A DNA stretch of 64,000 nucleotides, from contig CAZGSD010000002.1 in assembly GCA_964528305.1 (NCBI GenBank), forward strand, positions 93,409 to 157,408, written 5' to 3'. The notes under the pieces are model-generated. The model was given only the letters and a program-made list of their open reading frames with translations, was not told where the DNA came from and did no database searches. Positions 18,841 through 28,287 of the stretch are shown piece after piece (position 1 is the stretch's first letter; the number at the start of each line of letters is the position of its first letter). Source of the DNA: an uncultured Candidatus Peribacteria bacterium (GTDB lineage: Bacteria > Patescibacteriota > Gracilibacteria > UBA1369). The position numbers and the translations under genes are program-made.

Positions 18841-19758
18841 ATGAATTCTCTCAAAGAAATAGAACAACAGGTCAAAATCCTAATAGCATCTGAAAAATGG
18901 GCGCAAGCACATCAAATATGCCTGCAAATACTTCAATATGACCCGGAAAATTCCACTTTTCTCAAATTTAAAACTTCCATAGAAAAAACAGTCAACCAAA
19001 TCAATCAAAAAGCTATTCGCGAAGAATTGAAGAAGCTCGACCCCTTATTGCACAACAAACAATATGAAAGCTATCTACAACAAATTGCACCACTGCAGAA
19101 TTATATAAAAGATTATCCAGAAATCAGCAAAAAAATTCTATTAGCCCAACAATTACTAGAACAATCATATCAAGAGAAAGTTCAGCAAACTGTAGAAGAA
19201 GTCCAACAGATTTTTCTTAAAAATAAAAATCACCTGAATTTCGAAAATTTACGCCAACAATTAAATTATCTACATAAACAAGCCCCTCACGAAAAACGCA
19301 TCTCTCAATTACTGAACAAAATTACTAAACAACATATTAAAAACGAACTCCAACAACAAAAACCGCTCCTAGAAAGCAATCATTTTGAAGATATAATTAT
19401 TTTTCTACTTCGCCTGCAAAAACTAGACCCAAACAACAACACCCTAAAAAATCAGATTGAAAAAATCAAACAGCGCTACCAAATCGAAAAAATAGAAAAT
19501 CAAAGAGATTTTATTTTCAAAACTTTGGAAGAAGCAAAGCTGCTCTTTATCAGGAAAAAATACGATCTCTGCATGGAACTATGCGAAAGAGTCTTGAGTA
19601 TAGATCCACACAATCCAGCAGCCATAACCTATCTACAAAAAAGCACCAATAAAGCCAGTCAAGCTTCGGAAAACCTAATTATCACTCAACTTCTAGCCAA
19701 CTATAAAAACTTTCCACAAAGCAGCAACTATCAGGAAAAAAACTATATAAGAATTTGA
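18841..19758 (+). CDS. hypothetical Q/K/N-rich protein with TPR-like ends and a coiled-coil middle
   Basis: 305-aa ORF. ICLQILQYDPENSTF and LCERVLSIDPHNPAAITYL resemble TPR helices. Confidence 0.5.
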   Translation: MNSLKEIEQQVKILIASEKWAQAHQICLQILQYDPENSTFLKFKTSIEKTVNQINQKAIREELKKLDPLLHNKQYESYLQQIAPLQNYIKDYPEISKKILLAQQLLEQSYQEKVQQTVEEVQQIFLKNKNHLNFENLRQQLNYLHKQAPHEKRISQLLNKITKQHIKNELQQQKPLLESNHFEDIIIFLLRLQKLDPNNNTLKNQIEKIKQRYQIEKIENQRDFIFKTLEEAKLLFIRKKYDLCMELCERVLSIDPHNPAAITYLQKSTNKASQASENLIITQLLANYKNFPQSSNYQEKNYIRI

Positions 19759-19779
19759 TCAGATTAAAAGAAACCCGCT

Positions 19780-20814
19780 TTAAGCAGCCTTCAGAGCATA
19801 CTGCTTACGTCCAACCCTCACAAACTGATCTTTATTTTTCAAACTCAAAACTATAGTAATAGGCTTCACCTGACGCTGCTTTAATACCTCAGCCACTATG
19901 TCTTCCTGTGACATAGAGTCTTTACCATGCAAAATACCGGCAATAACATCAGCCACAGTGCCAGATTTAAAGCCCCATTCAGCCAAACTATAAATACCAC
20001 GACCAATCAACACAAACTCATCATGACGTATCAGCTCATTATGAACAGCTTGAAGATTAATTTTCTTCCTATCGAAATTACATTCGATAATTTTATTGGC
20101 TATATCGACAAAATGCATTGGTTGCTTTTTCATACGCAACACAAAATAAATTTTGTCACGCAAAGTCCGAGGGTTGATATGGCGCCATTCAAAAAGTCCC
20201 ACCAGTCCACCGTCCAAAACTTTAATTTTCTTATCCACTCGAATCAGAGACTGATAAGTTTCTAGAGTCATAGACACCTTACTTCCAGTTATAACTGCCG
20301 CATACAAATCCTCCAAAGACATTACCTGTTTTGCTTTAGCCAAAGCATCAACCGTCTGTTCACAAACCCCCTCCAAATCTGATTGGAGCAAAGCCACCAT
20401 TTTCAGATAAGGAAAATAAGATACAGTATTAGGAATTCTATTGAAACGTTTATCTATGGATAAAATCAATTGCAGAGCTTCAACAGGATAATCAACATGA
20501 ACCTTGATTAATTCATTAAGTAAGGTCTCTTCCTTAATTACTCCACCAGCTGTCTCAATCAAATCATATGCCATATTCGCCACTGCAAACAAACCACAAT
20601 TCTCTAAATTTCTCTTCAATTTACCTAGAGCATTTTTTTCTATCTGCCTTACTCTTTCTCTGGTAACAGAAAACTTTTGTCCTATTTCTTCAAGCGTAGC
20701 TCTCTCTTGCTGATCCAGATTGAAACGTCTCTCCACAACAAACCTTTCTTTCTGAGTTAACAACAATAAAAAGTCCTGTACCTGTTTAACAAAATCTTCT
20801 GTGACCATGCTCAT
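19780..20814 (-). CDS. sigma-70 region-4 domain protein with two C-terminal HARE-HTH/winged-helix domains, paralog 2
   Basis: LEEIGQKFSVTRERVRQIEKNALGKLKR, then MHFVDIANKI...VHNELIRHDEFVLIGRGIYSLAEWGF and a second repeat. Colinear with 15185..16294. Confidence 0.7.
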   Translation of the reverse strand: MSMVTEDFVKQVQDFLLLLTQKERFVVERRFNLDQQERATLEEIGQKFSVTRERVRQIEKNALGKLKRNLENCGLFAVANMAYDLIETAGGVIKEETLLNELIKVHVDYPVEALQLILSIDKRFNRIPNTVSYFPYLKMVALLQSDLEGVCEQTVDALAKAKQVMSLEDLYAAVITGSKVSMTLETYQSLIRVDKKIKVLDGGLVGLFEWRHINPRTLRDKIYFVLRMKKQPMHFVDIANKIIECNFDRKKINLQAVHNELIRHDEFVLIGRGIYSLAEWGFKSGTVADVIAGILHGKDSMSQEDIVAEVLKQRQVKPITIVLSLKNKDQFVRVGRKQYALKAA

Positions 20815-20864
20815 AATCTGTTTTTAAAGTATATATTTATTTTAAGGCCAAAATTCAAATAACA

Positions 20865-20873
20865 ATTTTAGCA
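20865..20873 (-). promoter_or_regulatory. extended -10 box TGCTAAAAT upstream of sigma-4/HARE paralog 2
   Basis: The reverse complement of attttagca is TGCTAAAAT, about 50 nt upstream of the ATG at 20814. Confidence 0.4.
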
Positions 20874-20957
20874 ACCACACGTTTCAGTATATGCAAAGCA
20901 GAACTTAAAAAAAGAAAATAAACTTGTGAAACACCCAAAAAACATTTCTGATACATA

Positions 20958-21620
20958 TCACTCCAAAATATAACCGCTACAGGGAACAGTTTTAATCATA
21001 TCATCTACATCAAAACTAGCCTTCAAAATTTTACGTAACTTACTTACATGCACATCCACGGTATTGGTCGAAACAATAAAATTCATATCCCAAACATTTT
21101 CCAAAATATTATTCCTGCTCAAAACCCGACCTCTATTTCTAGCCAAATACAACAACAACTCAAACTCTTTATTTGGTAAAAAAACTTCAGCACGCCCATC
21201 ACCAACAACCCGCCTGTTTAAATTCAACTTTAAAACTCCCAATTCCAAAGAGTCTTTAAGCAAATAATTTTTCACTCCAACTATAGACTGTAAATCATCT
21301 AACAATAATTGATAATTCAAGGGCCAAAAATAACATCTCATGACACCATCAGCTAATCGCCCCAAATTTTCACTCGGAGTAGGCAGTCCATCCATTAAAA
21401 AAAACTTTTCCATTGGCAAAGAAATTTTCATTAAATCAACCCAAATTTCTCCAACACGATCAAATAAAATCACATCACAACTCAATTCCACAGTACCCGC
21501 CCCCACATATCTCCTAAAATACTCAACCCCCATCCTTTCAACTATCACCTTATTTTTCATCAAATATCTGCACACCCCCTCCACCTCACTAATTTTATCC
21601 GAAACCATCAATAATTTCAT
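20958..21620 (-). CDS. OmpR/PhoB-type winged-helix regulator with a degenerate receiver domain
   Basis: The C-terminus LPNKEFELLLYLARNRGRVLSRNNILENVWD...TNTVDVHVSKLRKIL is a Trans_reg_C signature. The N-terminal receiver keeps DVILFD, but the conserved Lys-Pro position reads WPL. Confidence 0.7.
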   Translation of the reverse strand: MKLLMVSDKISEVEGVCRYLMKNKVIVERMGVEYFRRYVGAGTVELSCDVILFDRVGEIWVDLMKISLPMEKFFLMDGLPTPSENLGRLADGVMRCYFWPLNYQLLLDDLQSIVGVKNYLLKDSLELGVLKLNLNRRVVGDGRAEVFLPNKEFELLLYLARNRGRVLSRNNILENVWDMNFIVSTNTVDVHVSKLRKILKASFDVDDMIKTVPCSGYILE

Positions 21621-21757
21621 AAAATAAAATTACAGGAGATCAAGATAACCCCATTCACCCACACCAAGCAAACCCGCACACTCCCCAAATCAATTATTTC
21701 CTCTAGTCAAAAAGCAAAAACCCACGTAATATCCTGTCGTCCAAAATTGGACAACAG

Positions 21758-22777
21758 ATGAAAACACCAGCCGAAATACAACACGCGCTTAAACAGCTCA
21801 ACCTGCCAATTTTCCGTCAAAAGCAAATCAGCAGTGCTGTCTTCGAACAGGGGATTACCAGCTATCAAGACATTACAACTCTACCAGCCACAGCCAAACA
21901 AACACTCGCCACCCATCTTCCTATCCTGTCCATTACACCAGTAATTCATGTCGTCTCTCAAAAAAAGGACACGGAAAAAGCCCTCTTTGAAATAGCAGGC
22001 GGATTAAAAATCGAGGCGGTATTAATGAAATTTCGAGATGGACGCAATTCCATTTGCGTTTCCAGCCAGGCCGGCTGTCAAATGGGTTGTAAATTCTGCG
22101 CCACAGGTACAATGAAATTTGGCCGCAACCTTACCGCTGAGGAAATTTTCGATCAGGTGCTTTATTTTCATTGCCAACTAGTCAAAAGTGGTGAGCATAT
22201 TTCCAATATTGTCTTCATGGGCATGGGAGAACCATTTATGAATTACGATCACGTCATGAGTGCTGTCAGAAGAATAAATTCTCCAGAAGAACTCGGCATA
22301 GCGGCCCGCCGCATCACACTTTCTACTTCCGGATTGGTAGATGGTATTGAAAAACTCACAGCGGATCCCTTGCAAGTCAATTTGGCCGTATCGCTACACG
22401 CCCCCAATCAAGCCGCCCGCGAAAAAATCATGCCAGTAGCCAGACTTTGGCCATTAGAAAAACTTTTATCTGCCATTCACCAATATACTGAAAAAACTCA
22501 TCGCCGCGTGTCTTTTGAGTATGTCATGCTCAAAAACATCAACGATTCCACTGCTATGGCAGAAGAACTTGCTCAGATTAGCAACAATAAATTGATTCAC
22601 ATCAATATCATTCCTTACAATCAAACCTCCATTGAAAACATTTCCGGCAGTGACAGACAAACTATTTTAAATTTTCAAAAAATCTTACAAAATGCCGGCA
22701 TCAGTGCTACAGTCAGAGTAACCATGGGGGAGGACATTGCAGCAGCCTGTGGACAATTAGCCAATAAAAATAGTTAA
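21758..22777 (+). CDS. rlmN: 23S rRNA/tRNA A2503 methyltransferase RlmN (radical SAM)
   Basis: SSQAGCQMGCKFCATG (CxxxCxxC), FMGMGEPFMNY and the C-terminal catalytic Cys in AACGQL. Confidence 0.9.
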   Translation: MKTPAEIQHALKQLNLPIFRQKQISSAVFEQGITSYQDITTLPATAKQTLATHLPILSITPVIHVVSQKKDTEKALFEIAGGLKIEAVLMKFRDGRNSICVSSQAGCQMGCKFCATGTMKFGRNLTAEEIFDQVLYFHCQLVKSGEHISNIVFMGMGEPFMNYDHVMSAVRRINSPEELGIAARRITLSTSGLVDGIEKLTADPLQVNLAVSLHAPNQAAREKIMPVARLWPLEKLLSAIHQYTEKTHRRVSFEYVMLKNINDSTAMAEELAQISNNKLIHINIIPYNQTSIENISGSDRQTILNFQKILQNAGISATVRVTMGEDIAAACGQLANKNS

Positions 22778-22793
22778 ATTAATAATTAATCCT

Positions 22794-23102
22794 ATGACAC
22801 AACCACACAATCAACAACCAGCAGGAAATCCACAAAATCCAGCTCAACCAGCCGGAGCATCTCCCAAAATCAATTTAAAAATCGAAGCCGCCCAAGAGCA
22901 GGGGAGTTACGCTAATGCTATTTCCATACATGTTAATCACAATGAGGTCATTCTAGATTTCGGCTACATGATGCCAAATCAAGACCCTCTAACAGTGAAA
23001 CTAGTCAGCCGCGTCAATCTCACCCACAGTACCGCCGAAAGCCTACTCAGCGTACTATCAAACGCTATGCTAGACTGGCGCAATAAAAACAAGAAATCTT
23101 AA
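22794..23102 (+). CDS. DUF3467-like small protein
   Basis: 102 aa. YANAISIHVNHNEVILDFGYM matches my memory of the DUF3467 core. Tentative. Confidence 0.5.
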   Translation: MTQPHNQQPAGNPQNPAQPAGASPKINLKIEAAQEQGSYANAISIHVNHNEVILDFGYMMPNQDPLTVKLVSRVNLTHSTAESLLSVLSNAMLDWRNKNKKS

Positions 23103-23119
23103 TTAAGACCATCAACATC

Positions 23120-24535
23120 ATGAGTATCGAGAACAACATGGATCACATTATTTCACTTTGCAAAAGACGCGGCTTCATCTTCCCAGGATCAGAAATATAC
23201 GGAGGGTTGGCAAATAGCTGGGATTACGGCCCTCTTGGTTCTCAATTGAAAAAAAATATTCAGGACATCTGGTGGAAAACTTTTGTAGAAAATCGACTAG
23301 ATATGGTTGGCCTAGATAGTGCTATTTTAATGAATCCAACTATTTGGGAAGCTTCTGGTCATGTAGCTGGTTTTAGCGACCCTTTGATGGATTGTAAAAA
23401 ATGTAAATCTCGAGAAAGAGCCGATAAGCTAATTGAAACCTGGATACATGAGAATAAATCCAACGAAAAACCCGCTAATTGGGCTGGAGAAAAAACCCCT
23501 CCTGCTGATTTATTGGACTTTATAATGGAGAAAAGAATTCTTTGCCCCATCTGTCAGGCCTGCGACTGGAGTGAGCCCAAAGCTTTCAATCTAATGTACA
23601 AAACAAAACAGGGAGTAGTAGAAGGCGAAGGCAAAGATATCTATCTACGCCCAGAAACAGCTCAGGGTATTTTTGTAAATTTCAAAAATGTACTGGATAC
23701 CAGCCGCAAAAAACTCCCCTTTGGCATAGCACAAATCGGTAAAGCTTTTCGCAATGAAATTACACCTGGAAATTTCATATTCCGTACGCGTGAATTCGAA
23801 CAAATGGAAATAGAGTATTTTTTCGACCCCGAAAACACTCCCTGGACAAGCATTTTCGAGCAATGGAAACAAGACAGTATGAATTTCGTGGTTAATAAAT
23901 TAAATATTTCCGCAGAAAAACTCCGTCTACGTGACCATGATCCTGATGAATTATCGCATTATTCCAAAGGTACCACCGATATAGAATATCACTTTCCTTT
24001 TGGCTGGGGAGAACTAGTAGCTGCCGGAGCATACCGCACCGATTTTGATCTCAAACAACACGAAAAATATTCCGGTCAAAAGCTAACTTATCTGGATCCG
24101 CAAACCAATCGTGTCTTCACGCCACATGTCATGGAACCAAGCTTTGGTTTAACCCGTCTAACTTTGGCAGTATTATTAGATGCTTATCACGAAGAAAAAC
24201 TAGCTGATGATGATAGCCGCATAGTAATGAAATTCAAACCATCCCTCGCCCCCATCTCCGTAGCAGTTCTACCACTGGTCAATAAACTCAACACCCCAGC
24301 CCAGGAACTGGCTCAAAATCTACTGCAGGATTTCCGCGTCGATTTCGACACCTCCGGCACCATCGGCAAACGTTATCGCCGTCAGGATGAAATTGGCACA
24401 CCTTTCTGCGTTACTTTCGATTTTGAAAGCTTGGAAGATCAATCTGTTACAGTTCGAGATCGTGATACAATGCAACAGGAGAGAATTCCTCTCGCTCAAT
24501 TAAAAACATATCTACAAAACAAATTAAATCAATAA
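23120..24535 (+). CDS. glyQS: glycine--tRNA ligase (alpha2 type)
   Basis: 471 aa. RRGFIFPGSEIYGGLANSWDYGPLG, LRPETAQGIFVNF, FRNEITPGNFIFRTREFEQMEIEYF and the C-terminal anticodon-binding domain. Confidence 0.95.
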   Translation: MSIENNMDHIISLCKRRGFIFPGSEIYGGLANSWDYGPLGSQLKKNIQDIWWKTFVENRLDMVGLDSAILMNPTIWEASGHVAGFSDPLMDCKKCKSRERADKLIETWIHENKSNEKPANWAGEKTPPADLLDFIMEKRILCPICQACDWSEPKAFNLMYKTKQGVVEGEGKDIYLRPETAQGIFVNFKNVLDTSRKKLPFGIAQIGKAFRNEITPGNFIFRTREFEQMEIEYFFDPENTPWTSIFEQWKQDSMNFVVNKLNISAEKLRLRDHDPDELSHYSKGTTDIEYHFPFGWGELVAAGAYRTDFDLKQHEKYSGQKLTYLDPQTNRVFTPHVMEPSFGLTRLTLAVLLDAYHEEKLADDDSRIVMKFKPSLAPISVAVLPLVNKLNTPAQELAQNLLQDFRVDFDTSGTIGKRYRRQDEIGTPFCVTFDFESLEDQSVTVRDRDTMQQERIPLAQLKTYLQNKLNQ

Positions 24536-24541
24536 AAACCA

Positions 24542-27073
24542 ATGCCAGAACTGGCTAATCCACTAGAACAAATACTTGAAGGCGACATTATGCTGGGCCT
24601 GCTCAACTTACTGATCTGGGGCGCTATCATCATTATAGGCCTCAAATTACTGCGCAAATTTGCCCGTGATATTTTTATACTTCATCAAAATCGCAGTCAC
24701 GTCTGCCTAAAAATTCGCGTACCGCGTGAAGATTCCACTAAAGACAACGAAAAAAAAGAGGACAAAGATTTCAAAGAAAAAGTCAGCCTGATGGAACAGT
24801 GTTTTCGTAATATACATGAACTGTCCGAACTCAGTCTCACCAATATCATTCGTACCACACTCTTTGATTCCAATATTATTTCTTTTGAAATAGTCGCTCA
24901 GAAAAAAGTAATTGATTTTTATCTGATCACACCCGCCATCTATCGTGAATTGCTGGAAAAACAAATCACTGCCTACTATCAGGACGCCGACATCATTCCC
25001 GTAGAAAACTACCAAATCACCAGCCCGGGTCAGCATTTACGCATGTATTTTGCCTATCTTACCCAACCTTTCTGGTTTCCCTTCAAAACCTACAAAACCA
25101 CCGAAAACGACCCCCTCAATGATCTCACCAACATTTTTTCCAAGCTGGAAGACAATGAAATAGCCGGATTACAGGTGACACTTCGACCAATTCGCAGCCG
25201 CAAATACAATAAAATCATCGAACAAACTGCCTCAACATTATTCAAAGGCAAAAAAGTCAATCGTTTCCATATTCCAGGATTGGGCTTCCTCAACAATATC
25301 ATTGTCGGCCTCTTTTTTGGCTATGACAAAATCATCAAAGACAAACCGGAAGATCAGGGTGGTTTCGTCCGCATGCTCCAACCTCTGGAAGAGCGAGCAA
25401 AAAAGATGGGGGAAAAAGCCGCCCAACCATTGTTTCGCACTGTGATAAGATTTTTCGCTTCTGCCAGCACCACCCGCCGCGCCGAAGAAATCACTAACAA
25501 TGTCAATTTAGCTTTCAGCATGTTTCGCGACGAATCCTCCAACTGGTTTCAGACTCGGCGCGTGGTGCCAATCGACGCCATCAATAACCACTTCATGGCC
25601 TTCAACTACCGCAACAGGTTGATTGATACTTCTTTTGGGCCCTTTGGAGAAAAAAACAGTATCAACGGTCCAGAAGAAATCGCCTCCATCTTTCACCTAC
25701 CCTGTAGCCGCTACAATCACACCCCAGCCATCAATTGGCTGCCCTACAAAGTACTTCCAGCCCCAATAGAAACACCAAAAGAGGGAATTTTACTCGGCTA
25801 CAACTTGCACCGTGGCGTAAAAAAAGAAATTCGCATGCTACGTAAAGATCGCACCAGACATCATTACTGCATCGGTAAATCTGGTTCCGGAAAATCTGTT
25901 TTCTTAAGCTTCTTAGCCCGTCAAGATATTTTGGCTGGCGATGGAGTCGGTGTAATCGACCCACATGGAGATCTCATTGAAGAATTAACCAATTTCGTGC
26001 CAAAAGAACGGGCTAAAAACTGTATTATCTTTAATCCATCCGATTCCGAACGCCCCATGGGCTTAAACATACTAGAAGCCAAAACTCCCGAAGAAATGGA
26101 TATGGCCTCCAGCCAAGCCACCGAAATTTTCATCAAACTTTTCGGTGACGAAATTTTCGGACCACGCATCCAACATTATTTCCGCAACGCTTGCCTTACC
26201 TTGATGGAAGACCAAGAAGAAGGCGCCACCCTGATCGACGTCCCACGCGTTTTCGTCGACGATGAGTTCATGAAATACAAAGTCAGCAAAGTCAAAAACC
26301 CCGTGGTCCGCTCTTTTTGGGAACATGAATATGCCCACACCGGCGATCGCGAGAAACAAGAAATGATTCCTTACTTCTCCGCAAAATTCGGTCCATTCAT
26401 CACTAATTCCATCATGAGAAATACTATTGGGCAGACCAAATCTGCTTTCAATTTCCGTGAAGCGATGGATAAACAACAGATTTTGCTGATCAATCTCTCC
26501 AAAGGTAAAATCGGTGATCTCAACACACAACTCCTGGGACTGGTAATGGTTGCCAGAATTCAAATGGCCGCCATGAGCCGCGTGGACATACCAGAAGAAG
26601 CCCGCAAAGATTTTTATCTCTATGTAGATGAATTCCAAAATTTTTCCACCGACAGTTTCTGCTCCATTCTCTCCGAAGCTCGTAAATATCACCTGGCCCT
26701 GATCATGGCCAATCAATATATCAAACAGCTGGAAAAGAAAAATGACACCTCCATACGTGACGCTGTCTTTGGTAACGTCGGTACCATGATGTCTTTCAAA
26801 GTTGGTGCTGATGATGGCGAATATCTGGCCAAAGAATACGCACCAGTACTCACCGAACAGGACATCATCTCCATCGCCAATTTCAAAGCTTATATCAAGC
26901 TCAACATCAATAACACCACTTCACGACCATTTTCACTGGAAACAGTTTATGACATGAGTGGAGCCAACAAAAAAATCGGTGAAATCGTCACCCAGTATTC
27001 CCGCATCAAATATGGCCGTAAAAAAGAATTTGTCGATCAAGAAATTCGCGCCCGCATCGGCATAGAAGTTTAG
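24542..27073 (+). CDS. membrane-anchored VirD4/TraD-like P-loop ATPase, paralog 2
   Basis: N-terminal TM helix, Walker A GKSGSGKSV, DPHGDL, RPMGLNILE, Walker B YLYVDEFQN and EARKYHLALIMANQY. Long colinear blocks are shared with 9840..12317. It starts 6 nt after the glyQS stop. Confidence 0.7.
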   Translation: MPELANPLEQILEGDIMLGLLNLLIWGAIIIIGLKLLRKFARDIFILHQNRSHVCLKIRVPREDSTKDNEKKEDKDFKEKVSLMEQCFRNIHELSELSLTNIIRTTLFDSNIISFEIVAQKKVIDFYLITPAIYRELLEKQITAYYQDADIIPVENYQITSPGQHLRMYFAYLTQPFWFPFKTYKTTENDPLNDLTNIFSKLEDNEIAGLQVTLRPIRSRKYNKIIEQTASTLFKGKKVNRFHIPGLGFLNNIIVGLFFGYDKIIKDKPEDQGGFVRMLQPLEERAKKMGEKAAQPLFRTVIRFFASASTTRRAEEITNNVNLAFSMFRDESSNWFQTRRVVPIDAINNHFMAFNYRNRLIDTSFGPFGEKNSINGPEEIASIFHLPCSRYNHTPAINWLPYKVLPAPIETPKEGILLGYNLHRGVKKEIRMLRKDRTRHHYCIGKSGSGKSVFLSFLARQDILAGDGVGVIDPHGDLIEELTNFVPKERAKNCIIFNPSDSERPMGLNILEAKTPEEMDMASSQATEIFIKLFGDEIFGPRIQHYFRNACLTLMEDQEEGATLIDVPRVFVDDEFMKYKVSKVKNPVVRSFWEHEYAHTGDREKQEMIPYFSAKFGPFITNSIMRNTIGQTKSAFNFREAMDKQQILLINLSKGKIGDLNTQLLGLVMVARIQMAAMSRVDIPEEARKDFYLYVDEFQNFSTDSFCSILSEARKYHLALIMANQYIKQLEKKNDTSIRDAVFGNVGTMMSFKVGADDGEYLAKEYAPVLTEQDIISIANFKAYIKLNINNTTSRPFSLETVYDMSGANKKIGEIVTQYSRIKYGRKKEFVDQEIRARIGIEV

Positions 27074-27090
27074 CCGCACATTTACCAAAC

Positions 27091-28287
27091 ATGGATCCAT
27101 CCAATAAACAAATATCAAAATTAAAATTCTACTCCTTCCTATTCGCCTTTATTTTGCTACTGCAAATTATCGGGGTTGCTTTTTTTCTGCGTAATTCCAA
27201 CCGCCTACATTCCGCTAGTCTCAATCAAATCAATTCCCTGATCAGCGAAGTAGGCACACTCAAAGAAGAAAACCTACTACTCAATACCAGTCTCAATCAG
27301 GAGAAAAATCTGAATCAATTAAATGAACAAACCATTCGCCAAATCTACTTAAGCGTGGCAGCCAATCAATCCAACACCAAAGATTTGCAAACCAATCTAC
27401 TTAGCTATCAAAATTTTTTAGAAAATGAACGTCGCAAATTATCAGCAGAAAAGACATTACTCAACACCACCATACAAAATCAACAAAACACCATTCAGCA
27501 GTTGAAACAAAAAGAACAGGCCCAAGCAGCCAGCAATGAATTAAATGATAAAATCGACGCCATACTGTTTTTAGGAGAAAATCAAAAATTAACCGACACC
27601 ATACAATTAGCTATAATCAATCCACAAAAACAACAGACAACCCTGATCAGCATTCCACGCGATCTATACTTCGAAGGACGAAAAATCAATGAATATTACA
27701 AATTTTACGGTATAGAAAAAACCGCCGAGGTCGTTAACAAAATCACTAACATTAAAATTGATCATTATGTTAGCCTCAATTTCCAGGCTTTTATCGAATT
27801 AATCGATCTGCTGGGAGGACTTGATATTCAAATAGATAAAGCTCTACTAGATAATGCCTACCCAACAGCAAACGGCGGCTACAAAATAGTAACCTTCACG
27901 CCCGGCCTAGAACATATGACAGGGGAGCGCGTACTGGAATATGCCCGTTCCAGAAAAAGCACCAGTGATTTTGATCGCAGCCTGCGCCAACAAAAAATTC
28001 TGCAGGCCATAAGAGACAAATTAGCCAGTCTCAATATTATGAAAAATATTCAATTTTACCTGACCGCCTTTCAAAGTCTGCAAAAAAATCTACAAACCGA
28101 TTTCAATATCCTGGAAGCCATCGAACTTTTCGAACAACACAAAGCCAATCAGCTTTCCACCGGCCATAGCTTAAGCAACAGCAATTACCTCTATTCCTCA
28201 ACCAGCCTCCAGGGCCAATCAATACTCCTGCCAAAAGACGGCAACTTCCAGGCTTTCCAAAAATATTTAGCGGAATTGATTAACTAA
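27091..28287 (+). CDS. LytR-CpsA-Psr (LCP) family cell-wall polymer transferase with an N-terminal TM helix and coiled coil
   Basis: TDTIQLAIINP...LISIPRDLYF, IDHYVSLNFQAFIELIDLLGG and EYARSRKSTSDFDRSLRQQ. Confidence 0.85.
   Translation: MDPSNKQISKLKFYSFLFAFILLLQIIGVAFFLRNSNRLHSASLNQINSLISEVGTLKEENLLLNTSLNQEKNLNQLNEQTIRQIYLSVAANQSNTKDLQTNLLSYQNFLENERRKLSAEKTLLNTTIQNQQNTIQQLKQKEQAQAASNELNDKIDAILFLGENQKLTDTIQLAIINPQKQQTTLISIPRDLYFEGRKINEYYKFYGIEKTAEVVNKITNIKIDHYVSLNFQAFIELIDLLGGLDIQIDKALLDNAYPTANGGYKIVTFTPGLEHMTGERVLEYARSRKSTSDFDRSLRQQKILQAIRDKLASLNIMKNIQFYLTAFQSLQKNLQTDFNILEAIELFEQHKANQLSTGHSLSNSNYLYSSTSLQGQSILLPKDGNFQAFQKYLAELIN

Noticed and set aside
26072-26716. 214-aa ORF antisense to VirD4-like paralog 2. 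It is codon-aligned with the sense frame, which means no TTA, CTA or TCA sense codons occur over 214 codons.
   Set aside because: It lies entirely inside a conserved ATPase core. Its translation is just the mirror of the sense codons (rich in F, G, H and E, with no motifs). The homologous stretch of paralog 1 does contain TTA, CTA and TCA codons, so the open antisense frame is not conserved there (only 89 aa, 11442-11711). It is most likely a by-product of local codon usage.
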